From positions 960,001-1,024,000 of the forward strand of contig CAWCNY010000003.1 of the NCBI GenBank assembly GCA_963797095.1: a DNA stretch of 64,000 nucleotides. The letters run 5' to 3'. This document shows, one piece after another, positions 55,299-64,000 of this stretch (positions are counted from its first letter, which is position 1; every line of letters starts with the position of its first letter). The stretch is from an uncultured Chloroflexia bacterium. Its GTDB lineage: Bacteria > Chloroflexota > Chloroflexia > QHBQ01 > JADMIH01. The translations under genes were made by a program, and so were the position numbers. The notes beneath the pieces are model-generated. The model saw only the letters and a list, made by a program, of their open reading frames with translations, was not told where the DNA came from and did no database searches.

Positions 55299-55637
55299 AT
55301 GCCTGAGAAGATCGCCGACAGAGTTGAAACCAACGGCCGCCCGATACCGGAGAAAGCCCCTGAGAAGATCGAGGAGACCGCTCGCCGGTATATGCGCGAG
55401 GCCGGGGATGTCGCCCAGGACACTTTCCGCGTCTACAATGATCTGCTGGCTACTACCACCAATTACTACCTCGATACGCTCGACAAGACCATCCATGACA
55501 CCATGGAGCTTACCGGTGAGGTTGAGCATGCCATGGAGAATATGATGACCATCTATCGCCGAGCCTACACCGAGGGGTTCAAGGCCTGGCAGGCCTACTG
55601 GCAGGAGATCAACAAGTCGCTTGTTCGCCCGAAGTAA
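55299..55637 (+). CDS. Helical hypothetical protein, phasin-like
   Basis: RBS AGGAGG; 112 aa amphipathic all-alpha sequence ending in aromatic-rich helix (GFKAWQAYWQE). Confidence 0.65.
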   Translation: MPEKIADRVETNGRPIPEKAPEKIEETARRYMREAGDVAQDTFRVYNDLLATTTNYYLDTLDKTIHDTMELTGEVEHAMENMMTIYRRAYTEGFKAWQAYWQEINKSLVRPK

Positions 55638-55673
55638 AGTGACCTTACGCGGGTAAAATATCAGGGCACAACC

Positions 55674-55760
55674 GCAAACAACAGGCCCCGTGCTTGCTCC
55701 GACAACCGGCTCCGTTTTGGGTGTTCCGGTGGCGAGACAGGTACGGGGCCTGTTGTTTGC
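55674..55760. terminator. Long stem-loop downstream of the phasin-like gene
   Basis: 18-bp perfect arms GCAAACAACAGGCCCCGT / ACGGGGCCTGTTGTTTGC with further internal pairing (ACCGG/CCGGT). Confidence 0.55.
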
Positions 55761-55866
55761 ACGTCTGCTTGCTATCTTTTCTACTTGCCTGCTGGCGCGT
55801 TTTCTACTATACAGAAGGTAGACACTTCGCCCTGCGCCCCTATCCACTGCAAAGAGGTTCCTTCAA

Positions 55867-56742
55867 ATGATGGCTAAATATGCACGTTTGAGCCTGGTTG
55901 CCCTGTTCTTGATTGCCCCGGTCGCTCTTGCGGCCTGCGATTCCGGCGGGTCCGCTACGGCCACTCCCGGCGCGGCAGGCGGGTCGGCGGGCGGTGTGGT
56001 GCAGGACCTGAACTCCATCCTGGCCTCCGGTCTCCAATTCCAGGACTTGCAGGCAAATTCGGTGACGGTCTTCATAGATACCTCGATCCCTGTGGTTTGC
56101 GCCGCCGCCTACGGGCCCACTACCGACTACGGCAGCCTTTCCACCGACCCGGAGATGGCAGGGCAGGCCCGCACCGACCATCACGCTCTGCTCAGCGGCC
56201 TTCAGCCTGACACCGATTATCACTTGCGTATGCAGGCCGTGGGGCCGGATGGCATCTTCTACCGCAGCAATGACTACACATTCCACACGCCCGATGCCGC
56301 CCCCGGCGCTGCCAAACCTGCGGGCACCAACCTCGCGCTCCTCAGTAACGGCGCTCACGTGACCGGAGTAAGCAGCAATTTCGGGGGCGGCGATAACTCG
56401 GGTAATTTCGGTGCCGACAGTGCTTTCGATGGCGACCCGAACACGCAATGGTCGAGCAACGGCGACGGCGACAAAGCGTGGATCGAGATAGAGCTAGCCG
56501 GTCAAGCGCATATCACTAGCATCGGGTTCTGGACGCGCACCATGGGAAGCAGCGCCCAGATCATGTCGTTCCAGGTGGTAGCGGACGGTGGCGAGACCGA
56601 CGGCCCCTTCCAATTGGGCGATGCTGGCTCGATCCACTACTTCCCCGTCGATTTCACAGCGCAACGCCTGCGCTTCGAGGCTGTGGACACCAGTGGCGGC
56701 AATACCGGGGCTGTGGAGATCGAGGTTTACGGCCAGCCGTAG
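55867..56742 (+). CDS. Lipoprotein with FN3-like and discoidin (F5/8 type C) domains
   Basis: Lipobox LAAC; YG.T..YG...H...L.GL.PDT.YH.R; AFDGD..TQWSS...AWIEIEL...LRF...GAVEIEVY. Confidence 0.8.
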   Translation: MMAKYARLSLVALFLIAPVALAACDSGGSATATPGAAGGSAGGVVQDLNSILASGLQFQDLQANSVTVFIDTSIPVVCAAAYGPTTDYGSLSTDPEMAGQARTDHHALLSGLQPDTDYHLRMQAVGPDGIFYRSNDYTFHTPDAAPGAAKPAGTNLALLSNGAHVTGVSSNFGGGDNSGNFGADSAFDGDPNTQWSSNGDGDKAWIEIELAGQAHITSIGFWTRTMGSSAQIMSFQVVADGGETDGPFQLGDAGSIHYFPVDFTAQRLRFEAVDTSGGNTGAVEIEVYGQP

Positions 56743-56746
56743 CCTT

Positions 56747-57556
56747 CTACTGATTGATCCGGGTCCACATTGTGGCTACATGCAGGCCGTTCTTGCCCAA
56801 TATTTGCAATCTATAGCCGATGCGCGCCAGGGTGTCTGCCATAGTCAAGGCAACTTGCGTATTATGCACCTCGCACAGGATGGCGGGGTGGTGCCGGGCC
56901 AGCAGACGTTGTGCGCCCGCGATCACCGCCGCCTCGGCACCCTCCACGTCGATCTTGAGCAGAGCGGGAGTGGGTAGCCCCATCTCCTCGCATACTGTAT
57001 CCAGCTTTTGCAACGGCACGCCCGTAGATGCTGAACCTGGGAGTGGCGCTGCTTGCACGCCGGGTGGTAGCTCTACCCCGCCGAACTCCTGCACGTAGGC
57101 GGCGCTGGCTGCTCCCACGTCCTCGCGACTGGCGACCAGGGTTGCCTCGCCGTCCCGGTCGCCAAGCGCCAGCGCGTGAACCGCCACTTTTTCGGCAAGG
57201 CCATTGCGCTCCAGCGTGGCCTTCAGTATGTCGCGGTTGTACTGGGCGGGCTCGAACGCTTCGACATGCTCTCCTCCGAGCTTGAGCCATGCGCAGGTGT
57301 AGTAGCCCGTGTGCGCCCCGATGTCGTAGAGAGTGCCGCCACCCCGCGCCATCCCTTCCAATGCAGCAAGCATCTCAGGCTCGTAATCGCCTGTGAGGAA
57401 CCTGTCTGCCCAGCCTGTCCCCTCGCCCGATGGTAAGTAGAGCCATAGGCCCTTCAGCGCCCCGCTACGGACATCCCGCCAGCCGTGGATCAGGCTCGTC
57501 CTGGGCTTTGCCCGGCCGGGGCGCAGGCGGCGTTTGATTGATTGGAGTAGGGTCAT
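56747..57556 (-). CDS. FkbM-family methyltransferase
   Basis: G.YEPE, YDIGAHTGYY, AFEP, ALGD, LLKIDVEGAE, LCEVH. Confidence 0.92.
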   Translation of the reverse strand: MTLLQSIKRRLRPGRAKPRTSLIHGWRDVRSGALKGLWLYLPSGEGTGWADRFLTGDYEPEMLAALEGMARGGGTLYDIGAHTGYYTCAWLKLGGEHVEAFEPAQYNRDILKATLERNGLAEKVAVHALALGDRDGEATLVASREDVGAASAAYVQEFGGVELPPGVQAAPLPGSASTGVPLQKLDTVCEEMGLPTPALLKIDVEGAEAAVIAGAQRLLARHHPAILCEVHNTQVALTMADTLARIGYRLQILGKNGLHVATMWTRINQ

Positions 57557-58905
57557 TGCACCAGGCCCTCGTCATGAGTAGTATCCTGGTCGGCCTCGGA
57601 TAGCGCTTTTCTCAGCGCGAAGAGGGCCACCCCTGTGCCTGTCACCCGCGCCAGCAGGCGGGCTATCACCGCGCCGAAACCCGCGTAAACCGGGATCAGG
57701 AGCCAGCCAGCCAGACCCAGCACCCCCACCCGCAGCCAATCTGCGAAGGCGAGCACGCGGGGCCTGTCGAGCGGGAAGGCGATCAAGAAGAGCGAGCTGG
57801 TCACCAGGTCGAAGAGGACGATGGGTAGGAGCGCCATGAAGAGAGGGGCTGCCTCTGTATAGCGCTCGCCGTAGAGGAGGGCGATGGCGGGTTGTGCCAC
57901 CAGGGCCGCCAACGCCAACGCCCCCGCCAGCACCAGCGACCCGGTCAGCACCCGCCTCAAATAGCGTCTTATCTCGACGCGGCCGCGAAGGCGGCTGGCG
58001 CGGGGCATCATCACGGTGAAAAGGCTCTGATTGAGCACATCCAGGCGCATCGCCAGCGTCAGCGCGACCGAGTAGACGCCGACGGTCGCAGGGTCGGCCA
58101 GCCTCCCCAGGAGCAGCAGGTCGCCCTGCGCCACGATGATCGATCCCAGGTTGGAGAAGAATATCCACTTGCTGAAGTCGAACATAGAGCGCATGAGACC
58201 GCCCTGTGGGGCGAGGGTCCCACGATGCGGGCCTGATCGCCAGGGGAGCCACCCGGCCGGGAGGAGGAACCACGCGGGCAAGGTGCTCACTATTGGCAGG
58301 GCCACGTTCCACACCACCAGACTCGTCAGGTTGAGGCTGCCGGTCGCCAGCAACAGGAGGATGCCGCCCAGCGTGATAACGGCATTGAGCAGGCCAGCCA
58401 GTCCAAGCCTCCCGAACTGCTCAAGCCCCACAAGCACCGTGCCCGGATAGCTGCTGATCGCCAGCGCGACCAACGTAAGAGAGCCTACCTGTAAGTAGGG
58501 CGTCAGGTCCGATTGGTTGAGCACGCCCTGGGCGATTGGCGCTGCCAGCAGGAAGACCAGCAGGGCTGTGGATGTGCCTGTCAGCACCCGGAGGCCCAGG
58601 TAGAGGCGGGCTACCATGCCGGATCGCGCGTCTTTTTCCGCCACGAACTGCGCGATGAACTTGATGGCGGTATAGGTGAGGCCGAGGTCGGCCAGGGTGC
58701 CGCAGATGGTCACCACTGCCATCACCAGCCCGAACCGCCCGAAATCGACAGGCCCAAGCACGCGAGCCGAGGCCACGTTGCCCACCAGCGCCAGCAACAT
58801 CTGGAGCACCCGGGATCCGAAGGTCGCGCCCAGGTCGGTCAAAGCCCGCCTGCCGCCCGCAAAGATGGATGTGTCGGGCGTATCTGTATCCGCGATCAGC
58901 CGCAT
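57553..58905 (-). CDS. Polysaccharide flippase (Wzx/MOP family)
   Basis: ARVLGP.DFG.F, DLGL, ~12 TM segments, D.LLLG....VGVYS.A, LLYGERY. Confidence 0.88.
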   Translation of the reverse strand: MRLIADTDTPDTSIFAGGRRALTDLGATFGSRVLQMLLALVGNVASARVLGPVDFGRFGLVMAVVTICGTLADLGLTYTAIKFIAQFVAEKDARSGMVARLYLGLRVLTGTSTALLVFLLAAPIAQGVLNQSDLTPYLQVGSLTLVALAISSYPGTVLVGLEQFGRLGLAGLLNAVITLGGILLLLATGSLNLTSLVVWNVALPIVSTLPAWFLLPAGWLPWRSGPHRGTLAPQGGLMRSMFDFSKWIFFSNLGSIIVAQGDLLLLGRLADPATVGVYSVALTLAMRLDVLNQSLFTVMMPRASRLRGRVEIRRYLRRVLTGSLVLAGALALAALVAQPAIALLYGERYTEAAPLFMALLPIVLFDLVTSSLFLIAFPLDRPRVLAFADWLRVGVLGLAGWLLIPVYAGFGAVIARLLARVTGTGVALFALRKALSEADQDTTHDEGLVQ

Positions 58906-58919
58906 AGTGGTGGCGGGGG

Positions 58920-59861
58920 CTAGCTTTCGCTCGCCTTGTTCTGCTGCCTGTTCCGCCGGCCCAACAGGCGCACGTAGGCAGGGAGAGCGCGGCGGTCCCA
59001 GGGGCGCAGGCGAACCAGCGCGCGCAGGTGGCGCCGCGCCGCGCCGGGGTCTCCCTCGTCGATGTAGAGCCGGGCCAACTTGTAGTTGATATTAGCGAGG
59101 CTCCTGCGCCCCCTGGCGCGCACTTCGGGAGGGATCTTATCGCTGCTGGCCTCCATGAACTCGGTGATGACCTTGATCGAGTTGAGTAGGGGCATCTCCC
59201 TCTGTATGCGCGAGGTGCGCCCGCTGTGCTCCCGCATCAGCACCAGCACTTCGGGCACGTAGCTGGCTTTGTAGCTTGCTGCCAGCCTGAGAGTAAATTC
59301 GTAGTCCTCGTTGGCCCTGATCTCCCTGAAGCCGCCCAGCTTATCGAAAACCTCGCGCCTCACGACGAGCGTGCTCGATATGGCGCGAGGCTCCTCAAGT
59401 ATGTCTCCCAGGATGTAGCCGTTGAAGTCGCGTTCGGGAGGCAGGCATGGCGCGCTGAGGAACTCGTTTTCGATGAAGCGCTGGACGTTGCAGAATGCGA
59501 ACCCCGCCTCCGGGGCGCGCTCCAACGCTTCAAGCTGCTTCTCGATGCGCCGCTCTTTCCAGATGTCATCGGAATCGAGGAAGGCGATCAGGGGCGTGGT
59601 AGTGGTGTGCGCGCCTCTGTTGCGGGCCTCACCGCGCCGGTTGACGTGAGGGCCGGGCAGGAAGACCACGCCGGTACGCCCTTCCGCAGCCTTTCGAGCC
59701 TGCTCTACCACCTGCGCGGTGTGGTCGGTCGAGCCGTCGTCCACCACAACCACTTCCTTTGGTAGCACGGTCTGGGCGAGCACGCTCTGGAGGGTGGCCT
59801 GGAGCAGGTCGGCCCGGTTGTAGGTTGGTATTACGACGCTGATCAAGGAGCTTTGCGTCAC
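58920..59861 (-). CDS. Glycosyltransferase family 2
   Basis: ISVVIPTYNR, VVDDGSTD, ARNRG, IAFLDSDD.W, GGF...EDYE. Confidence 0.93.
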   Translation of the reverse strand: MTQSSLISVVIPTYNRADLLQATLQSVLAQTVLPKEVVVVDDGSTDHTAQVVEQARKAAEGRTGVVFLPGPHVNRRGEARNRGAHTTTTPLIAFLDSDDIWKERRIEKQLEALERAPEAGFAFCNVQRFIENEFLSAPCLPPERDFNGYILGDILEEPRAISSTLVVRREVFDKLGGFREIRANEDYEFTLRLAASYKASYVPEVLVLMREHSGRTSRIQREMPLLNSIKVITEFMEASSDKIPPEVRARGRRSLANINYKLARLYIDEGDPGAARRHLRALVRLRPWDRRALPAYVRLLGRRNRQQNKASES

Positions 59862-60769
59862 CGTTGGCCGCTTTCCCGTTGCTGGCGGGCCATTTCCAAA
59901 AGACCCTGCTCAGGGGTGCGTGGGGCCCATCCCAACTCCTCCCTGGCGCGGTCGCATGAGAGGGATGTGTCGCGCCCGAACATGGCTTGCGGGGGCATAG
60001 GCTCATCGAGCACCAGGGCTGGATCGAGCGAGAAAGCCCGCGCTGCCGAGCGCAGGAAGTCGGCCCTGCTACAGCGAATAGGCCCTGCCAGGTGGAAGAT
60101 GCCGCGCTCTACGCCGAGGAGGAGACGCAGGAGGGCGGGCGCCAGGTCGGCGAGTGCGGTGGGCGTGCGATACTGGTCGCTGTAGGCGTGGACCTTCTGC
60201 CCCTGCCTGAGCTGCTCAAGTGAGGGGGCGAGGCGTGGGTCTGAGCCGGGGGGTGACAGGCGATAGTCGCGCCCATACACAAGGCAGGTACGCGCCACGC
60301 AGCTATCCTCTATCATACCGGTCACGGTAGCCTCGACGGCGGCTTTGGCGCGCCCATAGTCGGAGCCTGGATCGATCTGATCTCGCTCGGAGTAAGGGCG
60401 ACCGGCCTCGCCGGAAAAGACGGCATCGGACGAGACGAGGAGGTAGCGCACCTGCGGGTTGGCCGAGACGAGGGATGCGCATACCTTCTGGGCGGTGCGC
60501 TCCGCCTCGGAGGGGTCGTTTCTTCCTGGAAGAGAGCAATCGAGCACGTGCGTTGGCGCGAGTTTTTGGAGCAAGTCGTGTACATCCTGTGAGTTAGAAA
60601 GGTCGAGCCGTATGGCCTGTGGATGATTTGCCTTGCCCGTGCGGAAGGTCCAGCGGGCGTCCTGAGGCCAGCCGGGCAAAGCGCGCACAGCCCCACCGAC
60701 GAAGGAGGACCCACCCAGGAGCAGCATGCGCAGCTCTTTCGAGTGTTTGCCTGAGATGGAGCGGCTCAC
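59858..60769 (-). CDS. RmlD-like extended SDR (sugar-nucleotide reductase)
   Basis: LLGGSSFVG, VSSDAVFSG, PY.E.D...P...YGRAK, DQYRTPT, GIFHLAG, DTSL. Confidence 0.85.
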   Translation of the reverse strand: MSRSISGKHSKELRMLLLGGSSFVGGAVRALPGWPQDARWTFRTGKANHPQAIRLDLSNSQDVHDLLQKLAPTHVLDCSLPGRNDPSEAERTAQKVCASLVSANPQVRYLLVSSDAVFSGEAGRPYSERDQIDPGSDYGRAKAAVEATVTGMIEDSCVARTCLVYGRDYRLSPPGSDPRLAPSLEQLRQGQKVHAYSDQYRTPTALADLAPALLRLLLGVERGIFHLAGPIRCSRADFLRSAARAFSLDPALVLDEPMPPQAMFGRDTSLSCDRAREELGWAPRTPEQGLLEMARQQRESGQR

Positions 60770-61890
60770 CGGCTGCCGTCAGCGGCCACTTTGAGCGTGC
60801 TGGCTGCTATCTGCGTGAGGGCCTCGGAAGCGCACATGCGATAATAGATGTCGCCATCGCGCAGGTAGTCGAGGTTCTTGGCACCGGGCGAGACGGGGAT
60901 ATAGGGGTTGACGACCACCAGCTTGAGGCCGCGCTGGCGGGCTTGCGCGATTATGCCCCGGCGGTCGGCGCTCACGCCCACCACCAGGAGGGCGTTCGAC
61001 TCCGGATGAAAGTGCACCTGGTGGAACTCGTTGACCACGCCCGACCCGCGTACCTGCTCGTAGTCGTGGATGCCTGTCAGATCGAACAGCCTGTCGATGT
61101 TGTCGGTGAAGATGTTGTGAAGGAAGCCCGTCTGCCGCAACTGCATCAGGCAGTGGTGGGCCTCGCTCGGCTGGGTAGTGGCGGCCTGGGTGTGCCAGCC
61201 CGCGAAGCGGCGGAACATGCCGGTCAGGTCTTCTTTAAGGAGGGAGGGGAAGCGGTCCTTTTCGCCCAGGCAGAAATCCTCGTAGCCGTAGTCCACCCAG
61301 AAGAGGTCGTGCACCTCCTTGAGCATGGGCAGCCCGGCCTCGTAGCTGAGACCGCTGCCCGCCAGCAGGTCGCAACCGCTGACCCCCAGGGCTTCCAGGT
61401 CGAATACGGCGTTCGACTCGATGGCCGGGGGCGTGGGGAGCGGAGGCTCCGGGTAGCGCGCGGCCAGGCGGGTCAGCCTGTCGAGGTCCTCCGGCGTGGG
61501 CCAGCCCGATATTATGCGCGCCAGCGTGATGCCCTCCTCAGGGTGAAGCACCTCGAACTTGCTGTTGGCCGCCAGGGGGTCGGAGGGGTCCGGGCCAGGG
61601 CCTTCCAGTTGTTGGACCACCGGGCGCATGGCTTCATCCTCGCCCCAGTGGACGTAAAAGAGGAAAGGGTTCTCGATGCTTGTGCCGCTATCGGAGAGCA
61701 CGTGGCGACCTCCGAAATAGACGGTCCGGCTGAGCTTGGGGTGCTCGGAATCGCGCTTCCAACCCCAGATGATCCTCTCCACAAAGGCGTCCGGGTTCAG
61801 GTGGGAGGCCTCTCCCGGATCGAGCACCTGGACAGGCGGGTTAGCACTCCTGGATAGCAGGTTATCGGGGACGGTATCTATATTCTTCAT
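60766..61890 (-). CDS. Sir2/sirtuin-fold protein with unknown N-terminal domain
   Basis: LAGSGLSYEAGLP, P..AH..L..L, TDNID.L, LLVVGVS, VVVNP; lacks catalytic HG and Zn-finger CxxC; start placed at MKNID. Confidence 0.7.
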   Translation of the reverse strand: MKNIDTVPDNLLSRSANPPVQVLDPGEASHLNPDAFVERIIWGWKRDSEHPKLSRTVYFGGRHVLSDSGTSIENPFLFYVHWGEDEAMRPVVQQLEGPGPDPSDPLAANSKFEVLHPEEGITLARIISGWPTPEDLDRLTRLAARYPEPPLPTPPAIESNAVFDLEALGVSGCDLLAGSGLSYEAGLPMLKEVHDLFWVDYGYEDFCLGEKDRFPSLLKEDLTGMFRRFAGWHTQAATTQPSEAHHCLMQLRQTGFLHNIFTDNIDRLFDLTGIHDYEQVRGSGVVNEFHQVHFHPESNALLVVGVSADRRGIIAQARQRGLKLVVVNPYIPVSPGAKNLDYLRDGDIYYRMCASEALTQIAASTLKVAADGSR

Positions 61891-62034
61891 GCCCACCCCT
61901 CTCTGGGTTTATGTAGGCCACATTATAGCATTATCACCGCTTTTTGCTCCAACCAAATACGGTCCTGTTGGCGCAGACGGGTTACGCTTCGCCTACGCGG
62001 GATAGCATCCATTGGCATGATCGTGCGAAACCCC

Positions 62035-62090
62035 TTGACAACTTAACACTGTTAAGTTATCCTCCTTGCATAACTTAACAGTGTTAAGGA
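62035..62090 (+). promoter_or_regulatory. Promoter with two palindromic operators (TetR-like)
   Basis: TTGACA (62035)-17nt-TATCCT; AACTTAACA-C-TGTTAAGTT (62040-62058) and AACTTAACA-G-TGTTAAGG (62072-62089). Confidence 0.75.
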
Positions 62091-62150
62091 AACCCGATAA
62101 TGCCAGGACCTTACTGAGGAAGTCGTTACCTGCAAAGGGGAACAATCGGA

Positions 62151-63923
62151 ATGGATGCGACAGATACATCGACTGGAATAGTGATCGAGCGGAACGTGAT
62201 GGTTCCGATGCGCGATGGGGTCAGGCTGGCGGCCGACGTGTTTCGCCCGGCAGGCGAGGGTCGTTGGCCTGTGCTTGTCACGCGGATGCCCTACAACAAG
62301 GAGATGTCGTTTGGAGATGACCTGGACCGCCGAGTGTTTCTGGAGTTAAACCTGGATGCTCAGCGGGTGATCAGGGCCGGGTATGTGATAGTGATCCAGG
62401 ATACGCGAGGGCGGTATGCCTCGGAAGGGGAGTTTGAGCCGTTTCGGGATGAGAAGAACGATGGGTCGGATACGATTGCGTGGGCGACCCGGCAGCCATG
62501 GTCGAATGGTGTGGTGGGGATGTACGGAGTTTCCTACCAGGGGCTGACGCAGTGGCAGGCGGCGTTGGATCGGCCCGAGGCGTTGAAGGCGATAGCGCCC
62601 GCGCAAAGCTTTATGAGCTGGTACCCGTACCAGGGCGGGGCGTTTTCATTGAGTGTAATCGGAGGGTGGACGGCCACGCAGGGCCTGCCGGGGGATCTGC
62701 AAAGGGAGGTCGCGCAGGGGAAGGCCAGCGCCGAGGAATTGGCGGAGGCTATGAAGCTGGAGGTGGACCTGACGACGCTGCTGGCGCGCGTGCCGCTGGC
62801 CGATGTGCCTGCCTTCGCGAATCGCGTGCCTTATTATCACGACTGGCTGGCGCATCCCGCCTACGATGATTACTGGCGGGGTTTCGAGGCGGGAGGTAGC
62901 TATGAGCGTGTTGAGGTGCCTGCGTTCATTCTCGCGGGCTGGTACGACTACTTTCTGATAAAGGATCTGGAGAGCTACAAGGGGATGCGCGAGCGTGGCG
63001 GGAGCGACCTTGCCCGCCGCCGGACTCGCTTGGCAGTTGGACCGTGGTCGCACGGCAACTTCTGGGCGTATTTCCCGAACAGGCCTGAGATAATGGGGTT
63101 GGCCGGAATGGATGCCATTGATCTGACGGAAATGCAGCTGAGGTGGTTCGATCACTGGTTGAAAGGGATCGACAACGGAGCGGAAACAGACAAGCCCGTT
63201 CGTATCTTCGTGCTTGGGGCCAATATGTGGCGCGACGAAGACGATTGGCCGCTGCCCGACACGCAGTACCGCCCATATTACCTGCACAGTGGCGGTCACG
63301 CCAACCGCGCAGCAGGGGATGGCCTGCTGTCGGTCGAGATGGAGAGCGTGGACGGGCAGGATAGCTTCAACTACGACCCACATAACCCGGTGCCGAGCCT
63401 GTCACCCGCTCTCATGGTCTCACCGGAGCCGCAGAACCTGATGGACCAGCGTGCCGCCGAGGACCGTGGCGATGTGCTCTGTTACACAAGCTCTCCACTG
63501 GAGAAGCCCTTGGAGGTTACGGGGCCTGTGCGGATGGTGCTATATGCTTCTTCCTCGGCTGTGGACACCGATTTCACGGGCAAGTTGGTTGATGTCTATC
63601 CGGATGGACGCACCGATCTGCTTACTGAGGGAATCTTGCGAGTGCGCTATCGCAACTCGATCTCGGAGCCGGAGCTTATGGAGCCGGGTAAGGTGTATGA
63701 GCTGAATATAGACCTGGGGGCTACGGCCAACGTCTTTCTGCCGGGGCACCGCATCAGGTTGGAGGTTTCCAGCAGCAACTTTCCGCGCTTCGACAGGAAT
63801 ACCAACACGGGCGGTGTTATCGCTACCGAGGGCGAGTCGGACTTTGTTACAGCCACCAACACTATCTATCACGATAGCGCATATCCATCACACGTGGTTT
63901 TGCCCAGTATCGAGCGCGATTGA
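62151..63923 (+). CDS. CocE/NonD family hydrolase (peptidase S15-like)
   Basis: VPMRDGVRLAAD, R.PY, QD.RGRY.SEG, nucleophile GVSYQG, GWYD, GPWSHG, C-terminal SSNFPRFDRN. Confidence 0.93.
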   Translation: MDATDTSTGIVIERNVMVPMRDGVRLAADVFRPAGEGRWPVLVTRMPYNKEMSFGDDLDRRVFLELNLDAQRVIRAGYVIVIQDTRGRYASEGEFEPFRDEKNDGSDTIAWATRQPWSNGVVGMYGVSYQGLTQWQAALDRPEALKAIAPAQSFMSWYPYQGGAFSLSVIGGWTATQGLPGDLQREVAQGKASAEELAEAMKLEVDLTTLLARVPLADVPAFANRVPYYHDWLAHPAYDDYWRGFEAGGSYERVEVPAFILAGWYDYFLIKDLESYKGMRERGGSDLARRRTRLAVGPWSHGNFWAYFPNRPEIMGLAGMDAIDLTEMQLRWFDHWLKGIDNGAETDKPVRIFVLGANMWRDEDDWPLPDTQYRPYYLHSGGHANRAAGDGLLSVEMESVDGQDSFNYDPHNPVPSLSPALMVSPEPQNLMDQRAAEDRGDVLCYTSSPLEKPLEVTGPVRMVLYASSSAVDTDFTGKLVDVYPDGRTDLLTEGILRVRYRNSISEPELMEPGKVYELNIDLGATANVFLPGHRIRLEVSSSNFPRFDRNTNTGGVIATEGESDFVTATNTIYHDSAYPSHVVLPSIERD

Positions 63924-63955
63924 CCCGGTTGAGTATACTGGGAGGTACAAGGTGA

Positions 63956-63984
63956 GGGTGAGTTTCAGGCTCACCCCTAAAAAA
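63956..63984. terminator. Hairpin with A-tract, candidate intrinsic terminator (minus strand or bidirectional)
   Basis: GGGTGAG-TTTCAGG-CTCACCC followed by CTAAAAAA. Confidence 0.35.
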
Positions 63985-64000
63985 GCCGGGAGATTGCGGA

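Noticed and set aside
7145-63872. Numerous long antisense or alternate-frame ORFs (e.g. 7145-8170, 8732-9793, 18951-20030, 44309-45340, 48079-49284, 60619-61857)
   Set aside because: Shadow ORFs expected from GC-rich codon usage; they overlap well-supported genes and have no recognisable motifs

Overview
GC-rich bacterial DNA, most consistent with a Chloroflexota-type genome. This is an inference from the SLH-anchored Thr/Pro-linker protein, the DeoR-regulated rhamnose cluster with RhaEW, heptamer intergenic repeats and an AGAAC-N4-GTTCT-type SOS box. In order the window holds: the 3' end of a LacI regulator and a GH-A clan hydrolase; ftsH; a MITE-like element and an IS200/IS605 element (intact tnpA, decayed tnpB); a GH4 hydrolase; a complete L-rhamnose uptake and catabolism operon extended by lactate-utilisation genes (lutC and a lutB-lutA fusion) with a divergent DeoR regulator; an orphan protein combining an eCIS-cargo-like N-terminus with a Tgl-like transglutaminase domain; a sulfite-oxidase-family enzyme; a YHYH-SLH surface protein with a divergent two-component system; a MalT-like regulator/MDR/nitroreductase module; DinB and AlkZ/YcaQ genes; NDH-2; a TusA-TusA-MvhD-HdrA-HdrA-wHTH-QmoC-DsrE cluster bracketed by two paralogous XRE-cupin regulators; F420-PPOX, flavodoxin, maeB and a phasin-like gene; a Sir2-like gene heading a glycan (RmlD-like/GT2/Wzx/FkbM) operon; and a CocE/NonD hydrolase. 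The best candidates for undescribed systems are the sulfur-relay-linked Hdr/Qmo-like complex, the eCIS-type Tgl-like effector and the atypical Sir2/glycan operon. No tRNA, rRNA or CRISPR array was seen. All assignments are from motif recognition by eye; no searches were run.
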